The notes beneath the pieces were generated by a model. The model did no database searches, was not told the DNA's origin, and worked only from the letters and a program-made list of their open reading frames with translations. The translations under genes were made by a program, and so were the position numbers. Shown here piece after piece: positions 47,152 to 56,921 of a stretch of 64,000 nucleotides of DNA. The stretch's first letter is position 1. Each line of letters begins with the position of its first letter. The DNA is from Verrucomicrobiota bacterium (GTDB taxonomy: Bacteria > Verrucomicrobiota > Verrucomicrobiia > Verrucomicrobiales > JBCCJK01), in assembly GCA_039027815.1 (NCBI GenBank), contig JBCCJK010000002.1:25610-89609 (forward strand), read 5' to 3'.

Positions 47152-47336
47152 CGGAAGAATGGAGGAGAGGTGTTGTGGGGAAGAGGCGCTGAAGCGCGGG
47201 GAAGGGAGAGCCGGTGTCTTTCGAGCCAGCGCCGCGTTGCTCCTCGGTTACGGTGCCTGCACCGCGCCCTCGTGGCGCCTTGGTCTGGCCCGAAATCCAC
47301 TCGGCCATTCTACCAACTAATTCTGCAGCTTGGTAT
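47131..47336 (+). repeat. 206-bp MITE-like repeat, copy 3
   Basis: Same termini and length. Lies between the vWA gene stop and the histidine kinase start, and overlaps the longest kinase ORF by 21 nt. Confidence 0.85.
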
Positions 47337-47453
47337 TCGTTTTCAGAAAGAAGAGGCCCGGCGCAAGGCCGGGCCTCTGGGGAAGTGAGGTGGGTGAGGG
47401 AGAAGGGGGCGGGACCTCCGCCCTCGCTCTTCGGGGTTTAGTTTTTGCGGGGT

Positions 47454-48782
47454 TTAGTTTTTGGAGCGGTAGCCGCTGTTTTGGGTGACTTTTTCGTTTT
47501 GGCGCTGGGTCATGGCTTTGCGTTTTTCGTTCCATTCGGCCCCGATGAGGTTTTCGGCGTCGTCTCGGTTGAAGCCTGCCTCCACCCGAAGCCTGGGAGC
47601 AGCGTAGGTGGTGGCGGCTTCGTCGAGGATGAGGGCGTTTTCCCGGAGGACGGCTTTAGCTTCTTCGATTTTACCCTGATCGCGCAGGCGCATGGCGGCG
47701 AAGTTGCGTTCGTTGGCGAGGAAGTCGACGACGGCGATCATGACTTCTTTGTTGGCGGCTTCCTCGGCGGCGGCCGGGTCGTCCGTGAGGCGGGCGACCG
47801 ATCGGGTTTCCAAGGTTTCGCGTTGGTCGGTCTTCATGTTGCGATAGGTGACGCGGGCGTCGGCGATGGCTTGGTCGCGGTTGGCTTGGCTGGCGGGAAT
47901 TTCGTATTCCACGAGGAGGAATTTCTCCTGTTCGGCGTAGAGCTGGTTGAGGGCGATTTTGATCTTCTGGCCTTCGATGGTGGCTTCCCGTCCGAGGACG
48001 CGCACGGGGCGGATGCCGTCGGCGATTTCGATTTCGATTTCGATGGCTTGGGCCACCACGGATTGGAGGTCGCCGAGTTCTTGGTCGAAGACGGCGGCCA
48101 GCTCCTGAGGCGTTTCCACGAAGCTGTGGGTGCCATCCGAGCGGAGGGCGAGCTGGTTCATGAGGTCTTCATTGTAGCCGCCGCCCAGGCCGATGGTGGT
48201 GACGGCGATGCCTTCCCGGGCGAGCGAGGAGCCGAGGTCGCCGAGTTCCTGAGGCGTTTGCGGGCCGACGTTGGCCTGGCCATCCGAGAGGAGGATGATG
48301 CGATTGACGGCCTCAGCTTGTTTGAATTTGCGGAGTTCTTCCGCGCCTTTGGAGATGCCGGCAAAGAGGGCGGTGCTGCCGCCGCTGGTGATTTCGTCGA
48401 TGGCGGCGTAGATGGCTTTTTTATGGGTGAGTTTGGTGGCGGGGACGAGGACATCCACGGTGTCGTCGTAGGTGACAATCGAGAGGATGTCTCGCGCGCT
48501 CAGGCGGGAGACGGCCATTTTGGCGGCTTGGCGGGCGTGGGCGATTTTTTGCCCCGACATGGAGCCCGAGCGGTCGAGCACGATGGTGACATTGATGGGC
48601 GCTCGCTCGGCCTCCGGCTCCATGGGGAAGCCGGTTAGCCCGACTTTGAGGTAGGAGCTTTGGGTTTCTCCCGCGAAGAGGAGGGGGTGGCTGAGCTCGG
48701 ATCGGAGGAGGAGCTGGTCCTGGACGGCGGGGGCGCTTTGGAAAGCGAGGGCGGTGAAGGCAGTGAGTAGGATTTTCTTCAT
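47454..48782 (-). CDS. Secreted von Willebrand factor type A (vWA) domain protein
   Basis: Signal peptide, MIDAS motif VLDRSGSMSG, ..GGSTALFAG.., ..ILLSDGQAN.. Confidence 0.85.
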   Translation of the reverse strand: MKKILLTAFTALAFQSAPAVQDQLLLRSELSHPLLFAGETQSSYLKVGLTGFPMEPEAERAPINVTIVLDRSGSMSGQKIAHARQAAKMAVSRLSARDILSIVTYDDTVDVLVPATKLTHKKAIYAAIDEITSGGSTALFAGISKGAEELRKFKQAEAVNRIILLSDGQANVGPQTPQELGDLGSSLAREGIAVTTIGLGGGYNEDLMNQLALRSDGTHSFVETPQELAAVFDQELGDLQSVVAQAIEIEIEIADGIRPVRVLGREATIEGQKIKIALNQLYAEQEKFLLVEYEIPASQANRDQAIADARVTYRNMKTDQRETLETRSVARLTDDPAAAEEAANKEVMIAVVDFLANERNFAAMRLRDQGKIEEAKAVLRENALILDEAATTYAAPRLRVEAGFNRDDAENLIGAEWNEKRKAMTQRQNEKVTQNSGYRSKN

Positions 48783-48920
48783 TGGGCAACAGGGTTGGTT
48801 GGTCCTCTACTGGGCGGCGCGGGCAGGGAAATGTCGTCAGCGGGGGGTTTGGAAATTGTAAGATGATTGTCAGCTTGAGGGAGCGGCTGCGTTTGCGGGA
48901 ATTCGGTTTTCAGTTTTACT

Positions 48921-49862
48921 GTGCGACCCATGACAGATTTCCAGGTGCTTCTGTTTTACCTTTACACGCCGATGGCGGATCCGGAGGGGTATCGGGATCG
49001 GCACCGCGTACTTTGTGAATCACTGGAGCTGAAGGGACGAGTCTTGGTGGCGAAGGAGGGCCTCAACGGGACGGTTTCGGGAACAGCGGAGAATTGTGAG
49101 CGCTACCGGGAGGCGCTGCGCCAAGACCCGGTCACAGCGGAGATGGTCTTCAAGACGGATCCGGTGGCAGGGCATGTTTTTCCCCGACTTTCCATCAAGG
49201 TGCGCGAGGAGATTGTGAGTCTGGGACTGGGGGAGGAGGATGTGAAGCCGTGGGAGGAGACGGGTCGGTCTTTGAGCCCGCGAGAGTGGCGGGAAAGGAT
49301 GGAGCAGGAAGAGGTGATCCTTTTGGATGGGCGGAATGAGTATGAGTCGGACCTGGGTCGCTTCGAGGGGGCGATCTGCCCACCGGTGGCGAATTTCCGC
49401 GAGTTTCCCGATTGGATCCGCGAGCATCTGGCCGGGGCCAAGGAACGGCCCATTTTGACCTACTGCACGGGGGGGATCCGCTGCGAGAAGCTTTCGGGGT
49501 TTCTCCTGAGGGAAGGCTTTCGTGAGGTCTACCAGCTCGAGGGGGGGATCGTGAGTTATGGGAAAGATGAGACGGTCCAAGGCGAGAAGTTTGAGGGGCA
49601 GTGTTATGTCTTCGACGAGCGGGTCGGGGTGGCGGTCAATCGGGCGGAGCCGCCCAAGGTGGTTTCCCGCTGCTCTCTCTGCGGCGAACCTTCGGACCGC
49701 TATGTGAACTGTGGCTTTTCTGGCTGCAATGCGCGGCTTTTCCTTTGTGAGGCTTGCCAGGAAAAGGAGGGGTGTTTCTGCAAGGAGGCTTGTCGGGAGG
49801 CGAGCGAAGTCCCCGAGACAAATGAATGCGTGCACGACGCCTCCGTCTCAGCATCACCATGA
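48921..49862 (+). CDS. trhO: Rhodanese-domain protein of the UPF0176/TrhO (YceA) family, Cys-rich C-terminus
   Basis: LLFYLYTPMADPE...GRVLVAKEGLNGTVSG, rhodanese active-site region YCTGGIRCEK, C-terminal CxxC-rich tail. Confidence 0.8.
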   Translation: MRPMTDFQVLLFYLYTPMADPEGYRDRHRVLCESLELKGRVLVAKEGLNGTVSGTAENCERYREALRQDPVTAEMVFKTDPVAGHVFPRLSIKVREEIVSLGLGEEDVKPWEETGRSLSPREWRERMEQEEVILLDGRNEYESDLGRFEGAICPPVANFREFPDWIREHLAGAKERPILTYCTGGIRCEKLSGFLLREGFREVYQLEGGIVSYGKDETVQGEKFEGQCYVFDERVGVAVNRAEPPKVVSRCSLCGEPSDRYVNCGFSGCNARLFLCEACQEKEGCFCKEACREASEVPETNECVHDASVSASP

Positions 49863-50431
49863 CCTCACAAGAAAACTCGCCCGCAGCCACGCAAGAATGG
49901 CGCAACTGGTTCGATAAAAACGGCAATCGCCTCCTCCTCTTCTCCCGGCAGCAGACCCGCTCGGCTGCGGACGCGGAGGATGTGCTGCAAGACGCCATCA
50001 TCCGCCTCTGGAAGTGGCGCTTGAACAAGGGGGAAGACCCCAACCAGCTTCCCAGTCTGGCGGAGGCTTACACGGCCATCCGCCGGACGGCCATTGACCT
50101 CGGTCGCAAGGAGACCCGCCGGGTCAAGCGGGAGCAAAATGTGGTGGAGTTCGACGATGAGTTCGGCGTCACTTGGTTCGAGAGTTCGCTCGAAGAAGAC
50201 GAACGAGATGAGCAGTTGCGCGATGCCATGAAAGAGCTACCGGACAAGTTCAAGGAGGTGTTGACGCTCAAGATTTGGACTGGTTTGACCTTTGCGCAAA
50301 TCGCTGAGACCCTCGATATCCCACAAAACACCGCTGCCTCCCGCTATCGCTACGCCCTGGAAGCGCTCCGCCGAAAAATCGTGGGCAAAGCAAATTATTC
50401 CGATTTTAACAACATGATGCTTTTGGCCTGA
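49859..50431 (+). CDS. ECF-type sigma-70 factor
   Basis: ATGA overlap with the trhO stop. Region 2 AEDVLQDAIIRLW. Region 4 HTH LTFAQIAETLDIPQNTAASRYRYALEALR. Confidence 0.85.
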   Translation: MTSQENSPAATQEWRNWFDKNGNRLLLFSRQQTRSAADAEDVLQDAIIRLWKWRLNKGEDPNQLPSLAEAYTAIRRTAIDLGRKETRRVKREQNVVEFDDEFGVTWFESSLEEDERDEQLRDAMKELPDKFKEVLTLKIWTGLTFAQIAETLDIPQNTAASRYRYALEALRRKIVGKANYSDFNNMMLLA

Positions 50432-50449
50432 CGCTTGAGTTGCGAAATT

Positions 50450-51001
50450 ATGAGTGAGCTGACCACAGAAGAAATCGAAGCCCGACTCCAAGCGCTGGTT
50501 CCGGCAGCGCCCACCGCCCGCTTGAAGGACCGGATCGAGAAGGCGCTTCTTTCCGATGATCCCCTGCCCGCCGCGCTTCCCGAGCCAGAAAAGGGCAAGG
50601 TCCTTCGCCCCAGCTTCCTGCGATGGGTGCCGGTGGCGGCGGCTGCCTGTCTCGCGCTTTTCCTTAGCATGCAGGTGATCCCGCAATTGCAGGGAACCCA
50701 AGAGACGGTTTTGGCGGGGGTCCATGCCGAGGCCCCGATGGAGAGCCCTTCTAGCACCCCGGCCATTGCAGGCGTGGAAGCTCCGATCTCCCCCGTTTCT
50801 CTCTCGGAAGGGGATGCATCAGCCAAGCTGGTGCGGACGGTCGATGAGGGAGTGCGGCAGTTGGCTAATGGGCAAGTGGTGCGCGTGCTGCGCTACGAGT
50901 ATTTGGATTCGAAGGAGTTTGTGGACCCGGCGACGGGGCGGAATGTGCGAATGACCCTCCCCCGAACCGAGTGGCGGCAAGTTCCTGCCAAGTTGGATTG
51001 A
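50450..51001 (+). CDS. Putative anti-sigma factor (single-pass membrane protein)
   Basis: Immediately downstream of the ECF sigma gene. Short cytoplasmic N-terminus, TM segment WVPVAAAACLALFLSM, extracytoplasmic C-terminus. Call rests on position only. Confidence 0.45.
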   Translation: MSELTTEEIEARLQALVPAAPTARLKDRIEKALLSDDPLPAALPEPEKGKVLRPSFLRWVPVAAAACLALFLSMQVIPQLQGTQETVLAGVHAEAPMESPSSTPAIAGVEAPISPVSLSEGDASAKLVRTVDEGVRQLANGQVVRVLRYEYLDSKEFVDPATGRNVRMTLPRTEWRQVPAKLD

Positions 51002-51029
51002 TATCGACTGCCCCGATCAAGATCGATCT

Positions 51030-51980
51030 ATGAAGCGGACGTTCGTTTCAACTGCGGTCCTGTGCTCGCTGGTGACTTTTGCGAGTGGGCAAGCAGGACA
51101 AGCGACTGAGGATTCTGCTAGGCAGGCTTGGTTAGGCATCGCCACCAACAAGCTGCCGGAGATCCTTTATCAGCATCTCGACATCCCGACCGGTTCGGGC
51201 CTGGCGGTCGATTACGTGGCGCCCGGGAGTCCGGCGGAGCGAGGGGGCTTGCAGAAAGACGACATTCTGGTGCGGCTTGACGAACAACTCCTGATCAATC
51301 CGGAACAACTCTCGGTCTTGGTGCGCCAACGGGCGGTCGGCTCGACCGCCACCCTGGAAGTCCTTCGCAAAAAGGAGCCGCTGTCCTTGCAGGTCGAGTT
51401 TGGTTCTTTGCCCCCGGCCATGGCTGAGAAGAGACCGCTTCCGTCTTCGCCTTCGGGGGGCGCTTCTTCCATCGATCAGCTTTTGGAGGAGTTTTTGGGT
51501 GAGGACCTCTTGGGAGACGCTCTCGACCGCTTGCGCCAGGAGGGTGGGGTGAGAGGGGTGGATCCTCTCTTGATGGACCAGTTTCAATCCCTTCTGGAAA
51601 ATCGGCTGGGGGAGGTCCTCCCACCGAGCGGGCCTGGGGTCCATCGTCGGGTCATGAATTTCGACGGAGAGGAGCTGCTTCTCCAGGATCAAGAGGGCTC
51701 CATCAAGGTTTTCTCGAAAGAAGGCAAGAAATGGTTGGAGGCACGCGATGGAGACAATGAGGTGGTCTTCAGTGGCCCCTACGAGACGGAAGAGGAGAAG
51801 GCCAAGGTGCCGGAAGCGCTCCGGGATCGTTTGGGGTCGGTTTCAATGGCCGGGGGGGACCTTTCCGAGCAACTTCGCCAGACGTTCCAGTTTCAGTTGC
51901 CACCTGTGCCGGCCGTTCCCGAAGGGGAGGGCGAGGGGTTGAAGGAGTTGATTCCCGAGCTGCCGTCGGAAGAGGACTAA
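51030..51980 (+). CDS. Secreted PDZ-domain protein
   Basis: Signal peptide. PDZ core GLAVDYVAPGSPAERGGLQKDDILVRLDEQLL. Confidence 0.7.
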   Translation: MKRTFVSTAVLCSLVTFASGQAGQATEDSARQAWLGIATNKLPEILYQHLDIPTGSGLAVDYVAPGSPAERGGLQKDDILVRLDEQLLINPEQLSVLVRQRAVGSTATLEVLRKKEPLSLQVEFGSLPPAMAEKRPLPSSPSGGASSIDQLLEEFLGEDLLGDALDRLRQEGGVRGVDPLLMDQFQSLLENRLGEVLPPSGPGVHRRVMNFDGEELLLQDQEGSIKVFSKEGKKWLEARDGDNEVVFSGPYETEEEKAKVPEALRDRLGSVSMAGGDLSEQLRQTFQFQLPPVPAVPEGEGEGLKELIPELPSEED

Positions 51981-52064
51981 TTTTCCTTCTCCCGAACTGG
52001 GTCGAACTGAGGTTTCGGGATTCAGGCAGTTGGCCCTTCTGCCACTTGGTCTGGCTGCTTCTTT

Positions 52065-52754
52065 TTACAGTGGGAGGAGGGAGATGTTTCTCCAGCGGAC
52101 TTGGAAGGGGCCGACTCCGGGTTTGATGCTGTGGACTTGAAAGCCGAGGAAGCCTTCCGAGAAGTGGGAAGTGCTGTCTTCTCCATCGGTCACGAGCTGG
52201 TCATTGATCCAGACCCGAATTCTTTTTCCTTCGACCCGAATTTTGTAGTGGTTCCAGTCTTCTTTGAGGTAGGCCTTGGCAGCGGTTTTGGGCGAGCCTT
52301 CCACCAGCCACCCGCCCACGCCTTCAAAGTAAATCGAGCCGGCTTTGTTGTTGGCGGCGATTTCCACTTGGGGTCCAGTGAGGCTGCCGGATTTGGTCCG
52401 CTTGCTGGCTTTCTTGAGGGTGGTTCCGGTGAGTTCTTCGGGCAGGTTTTCCGTGCTGTCGATCGAACGAATCTGCACCCCGCTATTGAGCTTGGGATCA
52501 CATTGGACCTCGAAGGTGAGTTCGAAGTCGGAGAAGGTTTGCTCCGGGCAGAGGAAGGTGTTGGGAGACTTCGGCTGAGTCGTTCCCACGATGGCCCCTT
52601 CGACGACCTCGTAAGTGGCTCGGCCTCCTTTGACTGACCAGCCCTCCAGGTCCGTCCCGTTAAAAAGCTGGATGGGCTCGGCCGCGTGGAGGCAAGAGCT
52701 GGCCAGCGCGCTGGAGAGAAGAAGAGAGAGGGGCAGGGGGCGGGGAGTTTTCAT
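52065..52754 (-). CDS. DUF1080 (3-keto-disaccharide hydrolase-like) secreted protein
   Basis: Signal peptide, LFNGTDLEGW, ...FLGFQVH...VRWRNISL pattern. Confidence 0.8.
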   Translation of the reverse strand: MKTPRPLPLSLLLSSALASSCLHAAEPIQLFNGTDLEGWSVKGGRATYEVVEGAIVGTTQPKSPNTFLCPEQTFSDFELTFEVQCDPKLNSGVQIRSIDSTENLPEELTGTTLKKASKRTKSGSLTGPQVEIAANNKAGSIYFEGVGGWLVEGSPKTAAKAYLKEDWNHYKIRVEGKRIRVWINDQLVTDGEDSTSHFSEGFLGFQVHSIKPGVGPFQVRWRNISLLPL

Positions 52755-52784
52755 GGTTGGAAAATGGGGAGGAAGGGGGGCAGG

Positions 52785-53537
52785 TTACAGTTCCTTGACC
52801 AAGATATTACGGAAGTGAATGAGGCCTTCTTCCGCCTTGTGAACTTGCAGGGCAAAATAGCCGCTCAGGAACTCTTCATTTTGAAAATGGGCGCACGGCA
52901 CTCCATTGACCCAAGTTTTGACGGTGGCGCCCTCGGCGTGGATGGTGATGCGGTTCCAGTCATCGAACTTGACGGCCTGACGGGCTTCTTGGTGGGCATC
53001 CAGCCAGAGGGGGTAGAGAAAGCCTCCCAATCCTTGGCCGTAGACGCCGCCCGTCCACCCGCGTTTCCGGGCGGCTTCTTCCAGCTCGACCTGCGGCCCC
53101 TGGACGCCTCCTCGGCCGATGACTCGGGAGCGGAATTGAATGCCAGAGTTGCCTTGGAGAAGCCATTTGAACTCCACCGTGAAGATGAAGTCCGTGAAGT
53201 CGTCTCGAACCGTGCAGAGGTAGGAATTGGCCTGGGGTGGCACGTAGGTGCCCACGATGGCTTCCCCTTCTGCGTGGTAGAGATTGTCGGCTCCGCGCTG
53301 GACCCAGCCATCAAGGTTCTTTCCATTGTAGAGCGAGACGAAGCCCTGGCTCAAGTCTGGCTCGGGGTCGGTGTTGAGAAGCATGGCCGAAGGCTCCGGG
53401 GTGGAGGGCTTTTCGCGCAGCTTTTGGTAGAGCTTCTCAAATCGGGGAGCGAGCTGCGGGGCTTCGGGCTCGTCCGCCAGGCCGGGGGAGGCCCCGGCGA
53501 GCAAGCAGGCTACGGAGAGGGGGAGGAAGTATTTCAT
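52785..53537 (-). CDS. DUF1080 (3-keto-disaccharide hydrolase-like) secreted protein
   Basis: ATG 53537 (MKYFLPLSVACLLAG) inside the longer ORF. LYNGKNLDGW, ...YFALQVH...IHFRNILV. Confidence 0.8.
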   Translation of the reverse strand: MKYFLPLSVACLLAGASPGLADEPEAPQLAPRFEKLYQKLREKPSTPEPSAMLLNTDPEPDLSQGFVSLYNGKNLDGWVQRGADNLYHAEGEAIVGTYVPPQANSYLCTVRDDFTDFIFTVEFKWLLQGNSGIQFRSRVIGRGGVQGPQVELEEAARKRGWTGGVYGQGLGGFLYPLWLDAHQEARQAVKFDDWNRITIHAEGATVKTWVNGVPCAHFQNEEFLSGYFALQVHKAEEGLIHFRNILVKEL

Positions 53538-53652
53538 GGTTTGTCTTTTATGCTTTCCATGGGCCTTCGACGGCAGGCGGTTGGTTAAAATCGATTTTTG
53601 TGCGTGGCGATGAAAAATTTTTGTCAGGCCTCTCGAGGTCTGTCTCAGCCCC

Positions 53653-55512
53653 GTGAAGCATTCTGTACTCGTTCCTTTCGGTTTCTTTTTTATGGCGGCC
53701 CCGACTGCTTTGTTGGCGGAGTTGGAAAAGCCCAACATCGTTTGGATCTGCGGCGAGGATCTCGGGGCGCAGTTGAGTCCTTATGGTGAAGAGCACGCCC
53801 GGCGGGCGGAGACGCCCCATATCGACTGGTTGGCCAGCCAGGGCCTGACTTACCAAATCGCTTGGTCGAATTTTCCGGTGTGCCGCCCCGCGCGGACCAC
53901 TTTGGCCATGGGTATGTATGCGGAGAGCCTGGGTGGGCAGCATATGCGCTCGGTGATCCCGCGCCCGCCGGGTTCCAAAATGTATCCCGAGATTCTCCAA
54001 GAAGAGGGCTATGAGACCATCAACCATGGCAAGGAGGACTACGCCATCAAGAAGGTGAAAGGGCTCTGGAGCAGCCAGGCGGATCTGGCCACCGCCAAGC
54101 AGCCATTCTTCATGAAGCTGCAAGACGGCAAGCTCCATGAGGGTGGGGTGCGGGCCAAAATGAAAGAGCTGAGCCAGGAGACCCTCCCCCGCTACGACCT
54201 TCCGGGTTTCCAACCGGACATCCCCGAGATGCATCGTGCTTGGCATGCGCTTTATCGACGGATCGAGGAGTTTGACGCGAAGATCGGTCGCTGGCTTGAG
54301 ACGATGGAAGAGCAGGGTCTGATGGAGAACACCATCATTATGCTGTGGGGGGACCACGGCCCCGGCCTGGCCCGCGGCAAGAGACACACGAGGGACTTTG
54401 GTCTACGCGTTCCCCTGATTTTTTATATTCCGGAGAAGTTTCGCGCCCATTTGGCTCCGGAGGAGTATCGGCCGGGTGGGGTGAGTGAGCGCCCGGTGGG
54501 GTTTGTGGATATCGCGCCCACCATGTTGAGCCTGGCCGGCATCGAAGCGCCGGAGATGATGCAAGGCGAGCCCTTTATGGGTCCGTTTGCCAAAGCCCCT
54601 TCCCGCTATGTCTTTGGCGCGCGGGGGCGGATGGATGAACGGATCGATATGGTGCGGACGGTGCGGGATGAGCGTTACCAACTGTTGCGAAATTACCAGC
54701 CTCACTTGCCCTATGGCCAACATGTCGCGACGCTCTTCAAAAATGAGGTGATGGGGCCGTGGCAGCGCTTGAGCGCTAGCGGCCAGATCAAGCCGCCGCC
54801 GGCTACCTACTGGGAACGCAAGCCTCCGATCGAGCTTTATGATCTGCAAGAGGATCCCGATCAAATTCACAATCTGGCGGAGGATCCGCAGGTTCGTCCG
54901 ATTCGCGATCGGCTCCTGGCCGCCTTGCACCAGCATCAGGAATCCATCCGCGATACCGGCTTCCTGCCCGAGGCCCAGATTCATAGCCGCCCGGCCAAGA
55001 ACCAATCGCCATACGAGTGGGCTCAATCGCCTGCCTATGAGCTTGAGAGGATCCGGAGGATGGCGGAGCTGGCAGCCGATACGTCCCCGGAAGCGGGGCC
55101 GCAGTTGCTGGCTGGCTTGGAGGATGAGGACCCAGCGATCCAATACTGGGCGGCTTTGGGCTTTCTCAACCGAGGGAGCGAGGTGGGGCGCGCCCACCTG
55201 GAAGAGCTGCGATCTTTCAGCGAAAGCGGGAGCGCTCCGACGGCCCGGGTGGCGACGGCGGAGGCGCTCGTCCAGTATGGGGAGGTCCAAGATCGGGCCG
55301 TCGGTCTGGCGGTCTTGCTGGAGCTGGCCGACCAAGAAACGCCCTCTTCGGACCAGTATGTGGCCTTGGCGGCTCTCAATGCCTTGGACCGTTTGGGGGA
55401 AGCCGCTCTCCCCCTTTACCCGGAGCTGAAGGAGCTGAAGGCGGCCAAGTATGGAGCCTTGGTGCTCTCGGAAACGCTTCTGCCGAGGTTGGAAAGCTTT
55501 CGAGGGCGGTAG
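53653..55512 (+). CDS. Arylsulfatase fused to C-terminal HEAT-like repeats
   Basis: Sulfatase N-terminus NIVWICGEDLG with formylglycine motif CRPAR(TTL). C-terminal repeats EDEDPAIQYWAALGFL / APTARVATAEALVQYG / YVALAALNALDRLG. Confidence 0.8.
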   Translation: MKHSVLVPFGFFFMAAPTALLAELEKPNIVWICGEDLGAQLSPYGEEHARRAETPHIDWLASQGLTYQIAWSNFPVCRPARTTLAMGMYAESLGGQHMRSVIPRPPGSKMYPEILQEEGYETINHGKEDYAIKKVKGLWSSQADLATAKQPFFMKLQDGKLHEGGVRAKMKELSQETLPRYDLPGFQPDIPEMHRAWHALYRRIEEFDAKIGRWLETMEEQGLMENTIIMLWGDHGPGLARGKRHTRDFGLRVPLIFYIPEKFRAHLAPEEYRPGGVSERPVGFVDIAPTMLSLAGIEAPEMMQGEPFMGPFAKAPSRYVFGARGRMDERIDMVRTVRDERYQLLRNYQPHLPYGQHVATLFKNEVMGPWQRLSASGQIKPPPATYWERKPPIELYDLQEDPDQIHNLAEDPQVRPIRDRLLAALHQHQESIRDTGFLPEAQIHSRPAKNQSPYEWAQSPAYELERIRRMAELAADTSPEAGPQLLAGLEDEDPAIQYWAALGFLNRGSEVGRAHLEELRSFSESGSAPTARVATAEALVQYGEVQDRAVGLAVLLELADQETPSSDQYVALAALNALDRLGEAALPLYPELKELKAAKYGALVLSETLLPRLESFRGR

Positions 55513-55538
55513 CTCTCGGGCCTTGTTTTGTGAGCGGC

Positions 55539-56921
55539 CTATTTCGGCGGTTCGGGCATGTTGGCGACGAGGCCGCGAAGGCGGGTGAGGACGGCGGCGT
55601 ATTCCGGGTTGTCTGCCAGGTTGTAGTGTTCCTCCGGGTCATGCTGGTGATCGTAGAGGGCCTCGCTGCCTCGTTTCCAGAGGGTGTAGCGATAGCGTGG
55701 ATCCCGCACGGAGCGGTCTCCATTGCAGTAGGAGTAGGCGATTTCTCGTCGGGGCGCGTTCGGGTCCTGCAAGAGCGGGACGAGGCTGAGCCCTTCGAGG
55801 TGGTCCGGCGGCTCCAGTCCGCAGAGTTCGGCCAAGGTGGGGTAGAGATCGATGAACTCCACGATGCGATCGGTGCTCTGGCCTGCTTGCGCCATCCCGG
55901 GGCTGGAAATCAGGAGGGGAGCGCGGCAGGATCGCTCAAAGAGGACTGCTTTGTTCCAGTAGTCTTTCTCTCCGACTTGGAAGCCGTGATCGCCGAAGAA
56001 GACAATGTGGGTGTTCTTCAGCAGGCCCTTGGCCTCCATGTGGTCGAGGACGCGACCCAGTTGCTCATCCATGTAGGAGGTGCCCGCATAGTAGGCTTGC
56101 ATGGCGCGGAGCTTTTCTTCGTGGGTCATGTTCTGGAAGGCCTTTTGGAAGACGTGATAGAAGGCGTAGTCCGGCACGGTGCTGGCATCGCCTGGGGTCT
56201 GGGGGAGCTGGAGCGAGTCGAGTGGATAGAGGTCGAAGAAGCGTTTGGGCGCGAAGAAGGGGTCGTGCGGTCGGGCGAAGCCGACCGCGAGGAAGAAGGG
56301 CACCCCGTCCGCTGCCAGTTCATCCGCCCGCCGGATGGTGGCGCGGGCGATTTGGAAGTCCTTGAGAAACTCTTCGCCTTCGGTGACGGAGCGCCATTGG
56401 AACCAGGGCACGGTGTCATCGCCCAGCATGGCTCCTGGGCCTCGGGTCCGTTTTTCTTGTCCTTGCTGATAGAATCGCGGTTCCCGGTCCATCGGAAGAA
56501 GGTCGCCGGTGTAGAGGTCGGAAATCTGGGTCCAGGACTGGGGATCGCGCTGGTGGAAGACTTTGCCGGTGGAGATGGCCCGGTAGCCATTTTCTTTGAA
56601 GAGCTGGGGGAGGGTGACGAGATCGGGCAGGAGTTCCCGGAGGGAATCGGCGTTGTTGAGGTTGCCGCTGGTGCCGGGGTAGAGGCCGGAGAGGAAGGAA
56701 TTGCGGCTGGGGTTGCAGAGCGGGTATTGGCAGTAGGCTCGATTGAACTGGAGGCTGCGCGCCCGAAGCCGGTCGAGGTGAGGGGTCTGCACCAAGGGGT
56801 GTCCGTAGGAGGCGATGTCGACATTGAGGTCGTCGACCACGATGAAGAGCACATTGGGGGCGCTTGCTAGTCCGCCCAGTGGCAAGCCAGCCACCAAGAG
56901 GGCGAGGAGGAAGGGTTTCAT
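55539..56921 (-). CDS. Sulfatase (iduronate-2-sulfatase-like)
   Basis: ATG 56921 (MKPFLLALLVAG). NVLFIVVDDL, formylglycine motif CNPSRNSFLSG, FGDHG. Confidence 0.85.
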   Translation of the reverse strand: MKPFLLALLVAGLPLGGLASAPNVLFIVVDDLNVDIASYGHPLVQTPHLDRLRARSLQFNRAYCQYPLCNPSRNSFLSGLYPGTSGNLNNADSLRELLPDLVTLPQLFKENGYRAISTGKVFHQRDPQSWTQISDLYTGDLLPMDREPRFYQQGQEKRTRGPGAMLGDDTVPWFQWRSVTEGEEFLKDFQIARATIRRADELAADGVPFFLAVGFARPHDPFFAPKRFFDLYPLDSLQLPQTPGDASTVPDYAFYHVFQKAFQNMTHEEKLRAMQAYYAGTSYMDEQLGRVLDHMEAKGLLKNTHIVFFGDHGFQVGEKDYWNKAVLFERSCRAPLLISSPGMAQAGQSTDRIVEFIDLYPTLAELCGLEPPDHLEGLSLVPLLQDPNAPRREIAYSYCNGDRSVRDPRYRYTLWKRGSEALYDHQHDPEEHYNLADNPEYAAVLTRLRGLVANMPEPPK

